Positions 38,187 to 48,626 of a stretch of DNA of 64,000 nucleotides are shown here, piece by piece. The notes under the pieces were generated by a model. The model had not been told where the DNA came from. It searched no databases and saw nothing but the letters and a program-made list of their open reading frames with translations. Positions within the stretch are counted from its first letter, which is position 1. Each line of letters opens with the position of its first letter. Origin of the DNA: a virus (taxonomy: Duplodnaviria > Caudoviricetes); IMG/VR virus record IMGVR_UViG_3300013121_000017, positions 64,001 through 128,000 of that record, one strand, 5' to 3'. A program made the translations under genes and the position numbers.

Positions 38187-38420
38187 ATGAACGCGATGAT
38201 CGAGATCACAAACAGAAACAAGTTTCCCGTCCAAGTGATGGTGAAATCTAGGCGGTCACCCAAGTCGTTCACGACTAAGGTCATCCCCGGCACAGGCGCT
38301 GGCAAAAACGTCTGGACCGTGGAAGACGAACGGGCCACCGAATACATCGAACGCCTTGAAGCAGCGGGTTTCATAACCACAAGGCACATTCCGAACAACA
38401 CGATGCGAAAGGGAGAATAA
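38187..38420 (+). CDS. small hypothetical tail-module protein
   Basis: GAGG RBS; between gp15-like and sheath genes. Confidence 0.65.
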   Translation: MNAMIEITNRNKFPVQVMVKSRRSPKSFTTKVIPGTGAGKNVWTVEDERATEYIERLEAAGFITTRHIPNNTMRKGE

Positions 38421-38422
38421 CT

Positions 38423-40792
38423 ATGGCGATTCTAAGGGGTTTTCCGCCGTCGAACACAATCAGCCCGTCAGTGCGTATCGCCGAGAGCGATCTCAGCTTT
38501 ATCGCACCGGAGCAGTCATTCCACCGTGCTGGTTTGGTCGGGTTCGCGTCGAAGGGTCCAATCAACAGCCCGACGACGATTGCAACTCAGCGTCAACTGA
38601 ACACGGTCTTCGGCTACCCGCACCCTGAAGTTGGTGACCCGTACCTGATCTACGCCGCGTCCCAGTACCTGCTGATCGCGAACGAACTGTTCGTGGTCCG
38701 CGTTGCTGACGTTGACCCGGTGTCGGATGAGCAAGCCACGACCGCGTCTGTGGACGTGCTGGCTGCCGGTTCGATCATCGACATCTTCTCGAACACAAAC
38801 GGCCCGTACAGCTTCACGGCTGACAGCTTCTTCCGCTGGAGACTGAACGGTGCGTTGAACCACAAGACCCTGGTCGTGTTGGCCGACGCAAACCGTCCCG
38901 CACCTGACACTGGCAACCCGTGGACCACTGTTGACCTCGTCGCAGAACTGAACTCTCAGGTTGACGCCGAGAACGATGGCGTCGAGTTCTACGTCAAGGG
39001 TTCCGGTGCGTCCGCCAAGGTCGGCTTCCGCACAACCTGGGCATACGGCCCGCAGGCCCAACTCGAACTGGTTTCGGTTCAGAGTGACGCCTACACGGTC
39101 ATCGGCATCGGTACGAGCATGACAGTCGGCGAAGTCGTCGGCGACACTGACCGCTACCCGAACGATGGATACACGCTCCAGAACGTCTGGAATTTCACCG
39201 GCTTGACCGGAATGTTCCTGAATGTTGTGGTGGATGGTACTGACAACGTCTTGATTGACGATGTCGTCCAGACCATCGACCTGAGCAACCTTGAAGGGGC
39301 ATCGTGGAACGGTACGCAGGTCGTACAAGAAATCAATGACCAGATCGCAACCCTGCCGGGTGGCTTCGAGGCAGCCCTTGTTGGCTTCAACATCGTCCTC
39401 AGAACTCTGCACAAGGGTCGGGACGCACGCATCCTCGTCAAGAGCGATTCGTCCGCCGACGCTGTACTCGGCCTTCCGAACACGACCGGCGTGGGCGACA
39501 GCCCGCTGGGTGTGACTGGCGATCCGGCCATCTACACCTTCGGTCGGGTTGACGGTGCTGAGAACACCACTGGCCAAGTCACCTTCACGATCACGGCTGA
39601 GTCGCCGGGCATCGAAGGCAACAACACAAGCGTCCTCATCAAGAACGACACCCTCCAGGGTACGTTCCAGATCGAGGTCTACAACAACGGCGTCCAGATG
39701 GAAGCCTGGGGTAACCTGACGAAGGATCAGTCGTCTCGCTTCTACGTCGAGACGTTCCTGGCCCTGGTTTCGGACTTCATCCGGGTCACTGACAACACCG
39801 CTGTTGGCGCACCGCCGGCTCCAACCGCCCTCACGGGCTTGGCTCTGTCGGGCGGCTCGGACGGAATTCCGAGTGATCCTGACAAACAGGACGAACTTTT
39901 GATCGGCAACCTACTCGGTTATACAGGCATCTACACCTTCTCCGAGCCAGAGCAGATCGACATCGACCTGATCGCAGTGCCGGGCCACGCCAGCACGTCC
40001 ATCGTGATGGCCCTGCTCGACCTGTGCCAGAACGTCCGTCAGGACTGCCTCGCCATCATCGATCCGCCGTTCGGTCTGACCGTTTCGGAAATCATCGCAT
40101 GGCAGAACGGATCGCACCCGCTGAACCTGACAAGGTTCGATAGCGACTTCGGCGCTCTGTACTGGCCGTGGGTCAAGATGCGGGACAATTACAACCGGGT
40201 TGACGTGTGGGTTCCGCCGTCTGGCTCGGTCATGGCGACCTACGCACGCAGCGACTTCTTGTCGGCTCCGTGGTTCGCACCAGCCGGTTTGACCCGTGGT
40301 GTGGTCCCCGGCATCACCGACGTGTTCAACCGGCCAACGCTGGGCGAACGCGACCTGATGTACGGCTACCGCAACTGTATCAACCCGATTGTGCAGTTCG
40401 CCGACGTGGACGGCTTCGTCATCTGGGGTCAGAAGACGCTTCAGCGTACTCCGACCGCTCTTGACCGCGTCAACGTCAGGAGACTCCTCTTCGTCTGCGA
40501 GAAGAGAATCAGGGTCGCCTCTCGGTCGCTTCTGTTCGATCCGCATGACGACATCTTCCGCGCGAAGTTCGTGGCTCTGGCCTCGGAGATCCTGCGTGAG
40601 ATTCAGGTTGGACGTGGTATCCACGCCTTCATCGTCAAGGCTGACACCGAACTGAACACGCCAGACGTGATTGACCGCAACGAGTTCCGCGCTAGGATCG
40701 GTATCCAGCCGGTGAGGGCCGCAGAATTCATGTTCATCGAGTTCTCCGTCCACAGGACTGGAAGCTTCGCTGAAAACGCCAATACCTTCTAA
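38423..40792 (+). CDS. contractile tail sheath protein
   Basis: SPSVRIAESD, KGP, YWPW, PPSG, WFAPAG, INPI, WGQKT, RVNVRRL, NTPDVIDRNEF. Confidence 0.96.
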   Translation: MAILRGFPPSNTISPSVRIAESDLSFIAPEQSFHRAGLVGFASKGPINSPTTIATQRQLNTVFGYPHPEVGDPYLIYAASQYLLIANELFVVRVADVDPVSDEQATTASVDVLAAGSIIDIFSNTNGPYSFTADSFFRWRLNGALNHKTLVVLADANRPAPDTGNPWTTVDLVAELNSQVDAENDGVEFYVKGSGASAKVGFRTTWAYGPQAQLELVSVQSDAYTVIGIGTSMTVGEVVGDTDRYPNDGYTLQNVWNFTGLTGMFLNVVVDGTDNVLIDDVVQTIDLSNLEGASWNGTQVVQEINDQIATLPGGFEAALVGFNIVLRTLHKGRDARILVKSDSSADAVLGLPNTTGVGDSPLGVTGDPAIYTFGRVDGAENTTGQVTFTITAESPGIEGNNTSVLIKNDTLQGTFQIEVYNNGVQMEAWGNLTKDQSSRFYVETFLALVSDFIRVTDNTAVGAPPAPTALTGLALSGGSDGIPSDPDKQDELLIGNLLGYTGIYTFSEPEQIDIDLIAVPGHASTSIVMALLDLCQNVRQDCLAIIDPPFGLTVSEIIAWQNGSHPLNLTRFDSDFGALYWPWVKMRDNYNRVDVWVPPSGSVMATYARSDFLSAPWFAPAGLTRGVVPGITDVFNRPTLGERDLMYGYRNCINPIVQFADVDGFVIWGQKTLQRTPTALDRVNVRRLLFVCEKRIRVASRSLLFDPHDDIFRAKFVALASEILREIQVGRGIHAFIVKADTELNTPDVIDRNEFRARIGIQPVRAAEFMFIEFSVHRTGSFAENANTF

Positions 40793-40830
40793 GCGAAGGG
40801 GAACCAAGGATCTCAACTAAGAGGTGAACT

Positions 40831-41394
40831 ATGGCACAGAATATGGGTATGGGACAGCTTGCCTTGGGCGGCGTCGTCTTCAAGAGGAAGTTCCGTTGGA
40901 CTTTCAAGGTTGACAGCTTCTGCGGTGGCAAGAGCGTCCCCGAGCATTTCGTGAAGCTCGCTTCGCGTCCGAACCTGTCGATTGAGGAAACAGAAATCAA
41001 CTTCCTCAACGGCAAGATGTGGATTCCAGGCAAGGGTTCGTGGGAAACCATCACGGTTACTTACTACGACGTGGCCGGCTCTGCTGGCGGCGACATGGCC
41101 TTGATCTACTCTTGGATCGCGACCGTGTACAACTTCCTCGATTCGACCACGCTGACGCAGTCCTCGAAGAGGGCTGACTACGGTGGTCGTGGCACTCTGA
41201 CACTGTTCGATGGTTGCGGTACGCCAATGGAAGAGTGGACTCTGCGGCACATGTGGCCACAGGCCGTCAACTTCGGCGAACTCGACTACTCGTCCTCGGA
41301 AGAATGTACGGTCGAATTGACCCTGCGTTACTCTGAAGTCGATTACCAGAACATGTGCGGTGGAACGCCGACTGCATGCTGCGAAGGCTGCTAA
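40831..41394 (+). CDS. tail tube protein (paralog 1)
   Basis: Directly after the sheath; PGKGSWETITVT, WPQAVNFGELDYS. Confidence 0.9.
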   Translation: MAQNMGMGQLALGGVVFKRKFRWTFKVDSFCGGKSVPEHFVKLASRPNLSIEETEINFLNGKMWIPGKGSWETITVTYYDVAGSAGGDMALIYSWIATVYNFLDSTTLTQSSKRADYGGRGTLTLFDGCGTPMEEWTLRHMWPQAVNFGELDYSSSEECTVELTLRYSEVDYQNMCGGTPTACCEGC

Positions 41395-41424
41395 CCCTCC
41401 TTCTCCTAACAGAACTGGAGGCTC

Positions 41425-42081
41425 ATGGCTCAAGCAAGTTCAACTAACAACTGTGGTAGCCCGATTCCTATGGGAATCGGGCAACTCGGGTTCAACAACG
41501 TCATCTTCAAGAGGAAGTTCCGTTGGACCTTTGAGATTCGCGGTTTCTGCAACGATCCGAACAGGGTTGTTCCCAAGACCTTCGTGAAGTTGGCCTCACG
41601 GCCCAACCTCTCTATCGAAGAGACTGAGATCAACTACCTGAACGCCAAGAAATGGATTCCTGGCAAGGGTTCGTGGGAAACCATTACGGTCACCTACTAC
41701 GACGTGGCGACGAATCTCAACCTCGAACTGTACAACTGGCTGGCAACGGTCTACGACTACACAGACCCCATCCATCTGAAACAGGCATCGCAGAGCCGAG
41801 ACTACTCTGGCACAGCGACCCTGGTTCTATACGACGGTTGCGGATCTCCTTTGGAGAAGTGGACTCTCGGCGACATCTGGCCGCAGGCCATCAACTTCGG
41901 CGAACTGGACTACTCGTCCTCCGAAGAATGCACCATCGAACTGACCCTTCGGTACTCCGAAGTTGCGTTTGAGTCGTGCTGTCCCGCGTTCAAGCCAAAA
42001 GCTTGCTGCTCGCCTTGCGACTCAAGCTCGTTCGCGTCAGCGGGAAGAGCCGCAGCGAACCTACAAACCGTCATCGGTTGA
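41425..42081 (+). CDS. tail tube protein (paralog 2)
   Basis: Long identical stretches with paralog 1. Confidence 0.9.
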   Translation: MAQASSTNNCGSPIPMGIGQLGFNNVIFKRKFRWTFEIRGFCNDPNRVVPKTFVKLASRPNLSIEETEINYLNAKKWIPGKGSWETITVTYYDVATNLNLELYNWLATVYDYTDPIHLKQASQSRDYSGTATLVLYDGCGSPLEKWTLGDIWPQAINFGELDYSSSEECTIELTLRYSEVAFESCCPAFKPKACCSPCDSSSFASAGRAAANLQTVIG

Positions 42082-42097
42082 TTCACCCTTGCAAGGC

Positions 42098-42133
42098 CGA
42101 AAAAGGCCCGGCCAACAGGCCGGGCCTTTTTCG
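42098..42133. terminator. bidirectional terminator
   Basis: Perfect 16-bp stem cgaaaaaggcccggcc-aaca-ggccgggcctttttcg. Confidence 0.85.
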
Positions 42134-42157
42134 TTTCAGGACTCTCTTAGAGGTACT

Positions 42158-42658
42158 ATGGCACAACAGATGGGGTTCGGCGTACTGGGAAGCGCCAACA
42201 CGACATTCAAGCGGAAGAACCGTTGGATCTTCAAGATCAACGACGTGTCCGACGACGGTACGTCCGCCCTACCGCCTCTCAAGAGTGCTAGACCATCCCT
42301 CACCTTCAAGGAGATGGAAGCCCAGCACCTGAACGAGACAATCTTCTTCCCGAGCAAGCCAGAGTGGAAGCCAGTTCAACTAACACTGTACGACATCGAC
42401 CAGAGAGGCAGCAAAGTCGTGGACTGGATCAAGAAGGTCTATAACGCACAAACCGGGGAATGGTCCCCGGCTTGTGATAGTGACTTCAAGAAAAACGTCA
42501 CGCTCGAACTGTACGACGGCTGCGGCAACACCTGTGAGTCTTGGACCTTCGAGAATGCTTGGCCCCAGGTCATTGAATGGGGTGATCTCGACATGGCCGA
42601 CGCTGGCATCGTGACAATCGACATTACACTTCGCTATGACCGAGCCTACAGGAATTAG
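42158..42658 (+). CDS. tail tube-family protein (paralog 3)
   Basis: MG.G.LG..FKRKNRW, LYDGCG, AWPQ..WGDLD, LRYDRA. Confidence 0.85.
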   Translation: MAQQMGFGVLGSANTTFKRKNRWIFKINDVSDDGTSALPPLKSARPSLTFKEMEAQHLNETIFFPSKPEWKPVQLTLYDIDQRGSKVVDWIKKVYNAQTGEWSPACDSDFKKNVTLELYDGCGNTCESWTFENAWPQVIEWGDLDMADAGIVTIDITLRYDRAYRN

Positions 42659-42888
42659 TCGTAGAGATCAGGCCCGAGGATCTCTCGGAACCTTTCGATC
42701 ATCTGCTCCAGTTCTTTCGGCTTACAGTCCAGAACCCGACAGGCTCCAGATTTGTTCAGTCTGTCTTTCTTCGTTGTCCACTTGGTTTCGTTGGACAACA
42801 GGGCGTCGATCTTGTCACCATAACCGGCGTCGATCAACTTTTGGATCAATTCAGCGCGTTCGATCCCCTCAATGAAGTTACCAGCCAT
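42655..42888 (-). CDS. small HTH-like protein cotranscribed with the late sigma factor
   Basis: GGAGG RBS; NKSGACRVLDCKPKELEQMI. Confidence 0.6.
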   Translation of the reverse strand: MAGNFIEGIERAELIQKLIDAGYGDKIDALLSNETKWTTKKDRLNKSGACRVLDCKPKELEQMIERFREILGPDLYD

Positions 42889-42895
42889 CTACCTC

Positions 42896-43429
42896 CTAAC
42901 CTTGCAACTTGGGTGATTGCCAGCGGGAAGCCACCTTCCCGTGAGTGCCGCCCATAGCAATGGCGTCCATTGTATCTCTGAGGAAGTCATGATACTTCCT
43001 CTTCAATTCATTGTAGTTGCGTGCGGTACGGTAAAGCTGGCGGAAGTGGTTCAGGATGCAAGTCGTCATGTAATTGAACGCCTTGCCCTTCGACGGGTCA
43101 AACCTGTCGATCTTCTCGAAGCAGATGAGGACGCCCTCCTGAATGGCGTCGTCCGCGTCGATGAGGTTGAACTTGGCATAGCGAACGATATTCTCTGAGA
43201 GAATGTAGAACGCCGTGGCTAGGTCAGCCTGGGCCAAGTGGAAACGATTCATGATCTCATGGAGGTGTTCTATCCGGGCTTCAAGACGAGGGTCTGTCCT
43301 GCCGCGCCGACGCTCCCGATCCTTGGTGTCCTCGATAATCATCTCAACTCTCTGACGCTCTCTCTTGGCGTCCTGAAACTTGGAGATGATTCCCTCAAAT
43401 GCCTTGTTGTTTAGATACTCGCTCGCCAT
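42896..43429 (-). CDS. late-transcription sigma factor, T4 gp55-like
   Basis: YLNNK.F, DAIQEGVLICFEKIDRFDP.KG.AFNYMT; region 2 only, no region 4. Confidence 0.8.
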   Translation of the reverse strand: MASEYLNNKAFEGIISKFQDAKRERQRVEMIIEDTKDRERRRGRTDPRLEARIEHLHEIMNRFHLAQADLATAFYILSENIVRYAKFNLIDADDAIQEGVLICFEKIDRFDPSKGKAFNYMTTCILNHFRQLYRTARNYNELKRKYHDFLRDTMDAIAMGGTHGKVASRWQSPKLQG

Positions 43430-43585
43430 CAAGCTCCTTGTACAAGTCCCAAACACGACACAGAAGTGACCGCGCAAGATGATATTGCGGGGTATCTATA
43501 TACGGAGGGACCAGCAATTTTCAGCCGCTTTTACGCGGAGGTTGTCTAAGGCTTTCATTCTTGCGAGCATTCAGGGCTATGATGT

Positions 43586-43852
43586 TTGAGGGGACCAGTG
43601 AACGAGATCTACCAGTACCTTTTCGACATCCTGACAACACCGAACGTCCCAAAGCCCTATCGGGACTTGGCCCAGCTACTAAAGCAGCAGGGCCGAACCG
43701 TCGAGGCAGACGGCGTGTTACACCTATTACAGCAAGCTTTCGAGGAAAATGAAGAACCTCAGCCTTCACTGCCTGAACACGGGGTCGCCGGAAGCGACCA
43801 TCAAGACGTTGATGGGAGCAAAGCCCTACGCGAAGCACATCATAGCGGGTGA
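43586..43852 (+). CDS. hypothetical protein
   Basis: Helical small ORF; start uncertain. Confidence 0.45.
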   Translation: MRGPVNEIYQYLFDILTTPNVPKPYRDLAQLLKQQGRTVEADGVLHLLQQAFEENEEPQPSLPEHGVAGSDHQDVDGSKALREAHHSG

Positions 43853-44750
43853 CCTGTCAGGGTCCGACAGCTTGAAGTATTTCTGCAACAACAACCAGAT
43901 CCAGTACGTCAAGCTGTCTCTGAACAACGACCTCAGCCAATGCCACAACGACCTCGTCGCCCACTCCTCGGAGAGATGGCACATGCACCTGTATCCCGGT
44001 GAAACCATCAATAATGCGGGAAAAGTAACACAAATCATCCAGGGCAGCCCGGCAAACTACCGCCTACCTTGCGTCCAGGCGGGATGGCTCAACAAAGAAA
44101 TACGGCTCTACCACCGTGACTTGCATCCCAGGTTCGTCAACCCGGTATTCGAGTCCGTCATCGGCCCGTCAAAGTTCCTTGAGGTCTACGTCACGGGAGC
44201 AGACACCACCCCATTCGACCAGACGAACGCGCTGCTAAAGATTTGGATGATGAAGCAGCCTATTGCCGTAGAACCCAGGTATTACACGACCTTGAATCTC
44301 CTCATGGAAGGAAAACAGGCCGCGTTCATCAGTTCTGCCCGCAGTCACCTGTTCACAGACCAAACCGTGACAGTCCAGAATACCATGCTGAGGTATTACT
44401 TAGCCTGCGGCCTCGCCGCCAAGATCGACACACGCAAAGAGGCAGCCAAGCACGCCGTAACGTGTCTGGCAATCTTCGTATTGATGGCTGAGTTCTGGTG
44501 TCTGTTAGGTGACCTGTGTCTTGCCGAGGGCGACTACGACCGCGCCAGGGCCATGTATCGAAACGCCCTGGTTCTTGGCAGCAGGCGGCACAAAGACGAT
44601 CCGTGGCCCATGCACATCGTCAAATACAAAGACCACCCAACCAAGATGCTTGCCGCCTGCGATGAAGCCGTTCGGGAATCAAGAACGTTCAAAGTGGGAG
44701 GGGTTCGTGGCTCCGCAAAGACTGGCCCGCCAGCCATTGCCTCAGCATGA
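43749..44750 (+). CDS. degenerate GT2-like/TPR protein
   Basis: EIRLY...F.NPVFE (GT2-TPR-like), C-terminal TPR (EFWCLLGD...ARAMY). Confidence 0.55.
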   Translation: MKNLSLHCLNTGSPEATIKTLMGAKPYAKHIIAGDLSGSDSLKYFCNNNQIQYVKLSLNNDLSQCHNDLVAHSSERWHMHLYPGETINNAGKVTQIIQGSPANYRLPCVQAGWLNKEIRLYHRDLHPRFVNPVFESVIGPSKFLEVYVTGADTTPFDQTNALLKIWMMKQPIAVEPRYYTTLNLLMEGKQAAFISSARSHLFTDQTVTVQNTMLRYYLACGLAAKIDTRKEAAKHAVTCLAIFVLMAEFWCLLGDLCLAEGDYDRARAMYRNALVLGSRRHKDDPWPMHIVKYKDHPTKMLAACDEAVRESRTFKVGGVRGSAKTGPPAIASA

Positions 44751-45621
44751 TCTTAGAGTCCACGAACGTATTGCTGTTCCTGATGGCTGGGATGGCCTTA
44801 TTCCGCCTCACCACCGCCTCCATGTCAAACAGCCAGTAGATCGTTGACAGCAGCGAAACAAAGGTCACATCAGTTGAGTTGGCAACCCTGGCGTCGATGT
44901 CGTCGTACATGTTGTCGCTGCCGAAGCGACCATTGGCTGCCGAGATGATCTTGGTCTGAATGTGGCTCTTGCGGTTGCCGCCAGCCCAGGCAGAGTCACA
45001 GTAGCTGGCATACTCCTTGAACTCCTGGCTGTCCTTGGTCAGCGAGAAAGAGCCATAGAAAGCGTCCGTAAGGGCTGCCATATTCTCCAGCACCCGGTAG
45101 TGGTTCAGGTTCTCTTCCGTCTCGGTTCCAAAACCAGCACAGCAGAGGATCTTACAACCATCGTCACCCTGACCGCAATGGCCGTGTGGAGTCAGTTTGA
45201 CTTCGTCCAATGCCGCCAATGCGATGAAATCTTCGAGGATCGTACCACTATCTTTTTCGTTCCCTTGCTGAAGCGAGTCCACGCCTCCATCAACCGCCAG
45301 GATGGTATCGACTTTGTGTTTGTTGATGATCTCTTGGTAGGCCCGCTTGACCAATCCTACACCCTGCCGGCCCACTGTGTAGTTCCCAACGAGGTTGTAC
45401 TTGTACCCAATGCTGTATTCTGGATAGTCCTCAATGTCGGCTTGCCGGTAGTGGAAGTTCATGTGCGGCGAACTGTTGACCAACACGAACCGCTTGGGGT
45501 AATGGGTCAGAAACGGCAGGCCGGTAAACACGTCGAACCCGCCGCCAACACCGACGACCATGATCACGTCGCCGTACTCAATCTTGGTTTCAGGGATGTT
45601 CAGTTTCTTGAGTGTCTTCAT
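44689..45621 (-). CDS. DUF1152-family protein
   Basis: GVGGGFDVFTGLP, VDGGVDSL, GT..ED, GFG. Confidence 0.75.
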   Translation of the reverse strand: MKTLKKLNIPETKIEYGDVIMVVGVGGGFDVFTGLPFLTHYPKRFVLVNSSPHMNFHYRQADIEDYPEYSIGYKYNLVGNYTVGRQGVGLVKRAYQEIINKHKVDTILAVDGGVDSLQQGNEKDSGTILEDFIALAALDEVKLTPHGHCGQGDDGCKILCCAGFGTETEENLNHYRVLENMAALTDAFYGSFSLTKDSQEFKEYASYCDSAWAGGNRKSHIQTKIISAANGRFGSDNMYDDIDARVANSTDVTFVSLLSTIYWLFDMEAVVRRNKAIPAIRNSNTFVDSKIMLRQWLAGQSLRSHEPLPL

Positions 45622-46004
45622 GAAAGGTCCGGTTCATTGATGATGACGACCACCTTGTCCTCGTAGCGAGCGACTGCGATCTGCTTGAAGCGGCTGGGTG
45701 CGAGCTTGTTAAGCTTGGCCTGAAGTTCGCTGACGTGGCAATCGATGACAGTGAAGTTGTTCGCAGCCAGGGCGCGATCTTCGGCGTCGATGTCGCTGAC
45801 GACCCGACCGGGGAAGTACGTCTCCAACTGGGTCTTACCATGTTTTAGAACGTTACGGTAGATCGGCATGTTACAGGCACAGCCTGGATTCTGAAGATAC
45901 TTGTTGATGTCATCTTTCAGTTCCACGGGCAGCGAGTTTCTGAACCTGCTGTCCCTCATGGCTTGTTTCACATCGAGCAGCGTAATCGGCTTTTCACTCA
46001 TCAT
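45618..46004 (-). CDS. hypothetical protein
   Basis: Operon coupling; NPGCAC. Confidence 0.65.
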   Translation of the reverse strand: MMSEKPITLLDVKQAMRDSRFRNSLPVELKDDINKYLQNPGCACNMPIYRNVLKHGKTQLETYFPGRVVSDIDAEDRALAANNFTVIDCHVSELQAKLNKLAPSRFKQIAVARYEDKVVVIINEPDLS

Positions 46005-46494
46005 AACTCCTGCCGGTGAGGTTATTCGGGTCAGCGACCTTCCGCACCGTTACTACACGCCCGCACTTGGGACATTTGAACTTCTTGGAGCTTGGCCTCC
46101 ACTCGGGAGTCACTATCTGGCCGGTCGCCGGATCGCGATAGGGACCAGCACCTGGGATGCGAGACTGCTTGTATGGGACCAACCCCGACACATCGCTGCC
46201 ATCCGTGAGCTTCTTGTAGCCGCACGGTTCACAGTAGATGCTGTAGAGCTTCAGCTTGTTCATCGGCACAAAATCGTCGTCGTCATCCACGACTCTCTTC
46301 ACCGGCTCCGTGCCGCGATTGATCATTTCGGGGGCGAGGAATGATCCATCGACACTTTTCTGAAGCTCTTCTGCATGACGTTTGACTTCGGCAATCTCTT
46401 GTTCACGGATAGTCATTCCTTGAACGACTAGCTCGGTATCTTTCTTGGGAGCCGTCTCTTCGGCCTTGATCGTTTCACCCTTGGTGACTTCCAT
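45994..46494 (-). CDS. Zn-ribbon hypothetical protein
   Basis: AGGAG RBS; CEPC...CPKC. Confidence 0.65.
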   Translation of the reverse strand: MEVTKGETIKAEETAPKKDTELVVQGMTIREQEIAEVKRHAEELQKSVDGSFLAPEMINRGTEPVKRVVDDDDDFVPMNKLKLYSIYCEPCGYKKLTDGSDVSGLVPYKQSRIPGAGPYRDPATGQIVTPEWRPSSKKFKCPKCGRVVTVRKVADPNNLTGRSYDE

Positions 46495-46984
46495 TATTCT
46501 CCTTTGCTGGCTGTACCACTGATTGCGACTCAAAGTAGGTAAGCAGTACAGCAGCGGAGTATGCCAGGAAGCTGCCGGCCCCGCCGCCCAGGAGTACGAC
46601 AACAGGGTGATGACCGATAAGGAAGAAAGAGGCAAAGAAGCCAACCCAGGTTCCACAGCACTGGTAGCACTCGATGATCTTGTTGATGGGCCAGAATAGT
46701 GCGAGGGATACTCCCATGAAGAATGGCAACACGAACCAGGGCCAATCGACATTGCCTAGCCAGACGTGGAACACCGCCCAGCCGATCAGGGACAACAGAG
46801 CCAGCCAGATTGCTCCGAGCCGGTATCGTAAGTTGGTCTTGTCGTCCCGCTCAGTAGCAAGGAACTCACGGACTGGCGCGAATAGGTTGCTGTCCACGAT
46901 GATGTGGGTCGAACCGATGACAGCGAGGGCGAAGAATAGCAGTAGGGCAAAAGTCAACGTGGAAAGATCTGGGAAAAAGCTCAT
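46475..46984 (-). CDS. membrane protein, DUF1360-like
   Basis: Several TM helices; D..LF..R and CYQCCGTWVG. Confidence 0.65.
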   Translation of the reverse strand: MSFFPDLSTLTFALLLFFALAVIGSTHIIVDSNLFAPVREFLATERDDKTNLRYRLGAIWLALLSLIGWAVFHVWLGNVDWPWFVLPFFMGVSLALFWPINKIIECYQCCGTWVGFFASFFLIGHHPVVVLLGGGAGSFLAYSAAVLLTYFESQSVVQPAKENNGSHQG

Positions 46985-46985
46985 G

Positions 46986-47351
46986 TTACCTCCAGGCTGT
47001 AATTCGTATGTTGTCGCCGTCGCGGAAGACCGCAACCTCGGCGTAGTCTTGTAGACCGTCGAGACATTGTAAGGCGTCTGCGACGGTGCAGTTTCGATTC
47101 GCTACGATGTTAGAATCAAAAGTGCGAATTGAGACTTCATCGCCAAGATACTTGCTTATGACGGCAAGATGCTGTGGCTGGATCGCATGCAGGAGGTCTA
47201 CCTTGGTTCGTGACGCCAGGGACTTCAGGCCAGCAACATGCTGACCCAGGAGCCATGTATCGAAATAGCTCTGGAGATCAGGTAGTGAGGCTCTTAGCCT
47301 TGCGTCTTTGAGAACCAAGTCCTCGACTGTGTTGAGGTTTATTTCGAGCAT
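46986..47351 (-). CDS. hypothetical protein
   Basis: GGAG RBS; first gene of the minus-strand operon. Confidence 0.6.
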   Translation of the reverse strand: MLEINLNTVEDLVLKDARLRASLPDLQSYFDTWLLGQHVAGLKSLASRTKVDLLHAIQPQHLAVISKYLGDEVSIRTFDSNIVANRNCTVADALQCLDGLQDYAEVAVFRDGDNIRITAWR

Positions 47352-47462
47352 GCTCTCCTAGATCCACACAAAAATCCGTGGTCGATACTCTTTTCAATAG
47401 ACGAGTGAGTGCGGCCAAAAGCATTATACGGTGACAACACCGTCACCCTGAAGGAGACACAG

Positions 47463-48626
47463 ATGCCTGATGACAAGACCTTCCGCCCTCGGAAAGTGAA
47501 CCCGAGCGAAGACCCCAACATGTCAGCCCAAGACTCCCCGTTTGCCGGGGTCGATGCCATGCGAGCAGCAGCCGCTGCCGATGACAAAGAAAACCAAGCC
47601 CCCACCCCTCTGTCCGCGAATCCTGGCATTCAAGTCAGCGGCAAGGTTCCGCCTGAATTTTTGAAGGCCATGAATCAGAGCCGCGCGGCTGTCGCCGAAG
47701 AACGCGGCGAAAGCGTGAGCGACCTCAAGACAGGGTTCGGCAAGATGAAGACGCATGAGCAACCGCGTCCCAAGCAGCAGCGGTTCAGTGAAGGTCCGGC
47801 TCCTGCTCGCCAGGGCGGTCAGTCTGCCGAACTGAAGGCTTTGATCGACGGCCTGAAGCCCAAGGCTCTGTATGAGCCGATCAAGTTGCCATCCGGCGGT
47901 CGCTTCTACGACGGCCAGAACGGTCCAACTGATGGCGTCATTCACGTCCGTCCGATGACCGGCGAAGAAGAGCAGATTTTGGCCACCCCCAGGTTCGTCC
48001 GCAAGGGTATGGCTATCAACATGATCTTCCAGCGGTGTCTCGAAGAAGATTTCCGCGCCGAGGACTTGCTGACCGTGGACCGCACCTACCTCCTGATCTG
48101 GCTCCGTGGCATCAGCTACTCGCCGGATTACGACGTTGAGGTAAAGTGTCCGTTCACCGAGAAGAAGTTCATGACGACGATCAACCTCAACACGCTCGAT
48201 GTCGAGGAATGCCCGGACGATTTCGGCCCAGATCTCAGCGACGTGCTGCCAACGACCGGCTACAAGTTCAACTACAGACTCTCCACCGGCAAGGACGAGC
48301 AGGAGATTCAGGAATACCGTGATCGCCGCATGAAGATGTTCGGCGACAACGCCAGCGACGACACGTTGCTCCATCGCACCGCGATGCTCCTCAACAACGT
48401 GGAAGGCGTCGAAGACAAGAAGGAACTGATGACACTCATCAAGCACCTTCCGATCAATGATGTGGCGTACATCCGCAACTGCGTCAACGAACCGCCCTTC
48501 GGTGTTGAAACCACCGTTACGGTCGTCTCGCCCTACGCGAACGAGGAGTTCGAGATTGAGTTGCCGCTTGAAGCAAATTTTTTCTTCCCCAAGCGTCGCC
48601 GGAAGGAGAAGACGGAATCCCTGTAA
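47463..48626 (+). CDS. baseplate hub / tail assembly chaperone, T4 gp26-like
   Basis: LPSGG, RPMT..EE.IL, DRTYLLIWLR..SY, CP, terminal NFFF. Confidence 0.8.
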   Translation: MPDDKTFRPRKVNPSEDPNMSAQDSPFAGVDAMRAAAAADDKENQAPTPLSANPGIQVSGKVPPEFLKAMNQSRAAVAEERGESVSDLKTGFGKMKTHEQPRPKQQRFSEGPAPARQGGQSAELKALIDGLKPKALYEPIKLPSGGRFYDGQNGPTDGVIHVRPMTGEEEQILATPRFVRKGMAINMIFQRCLEEDFRAEDLLTVDRTYLLIWLRGISYSPDYDVEVKCPFTEKKFMTTINLNTLDVEECPDDFGPDLSDVLPTTGYKFNYRLSTGKDEQEIQEYRDRRMKMFGDNASDDTLLHRTAMLLNNVEGVEDKKELMTLIKHLPINDVAYIRNCVNEPPFGVETTVTVVSPYANEEFEIELPLEANFFFPKRRRKEKTESL

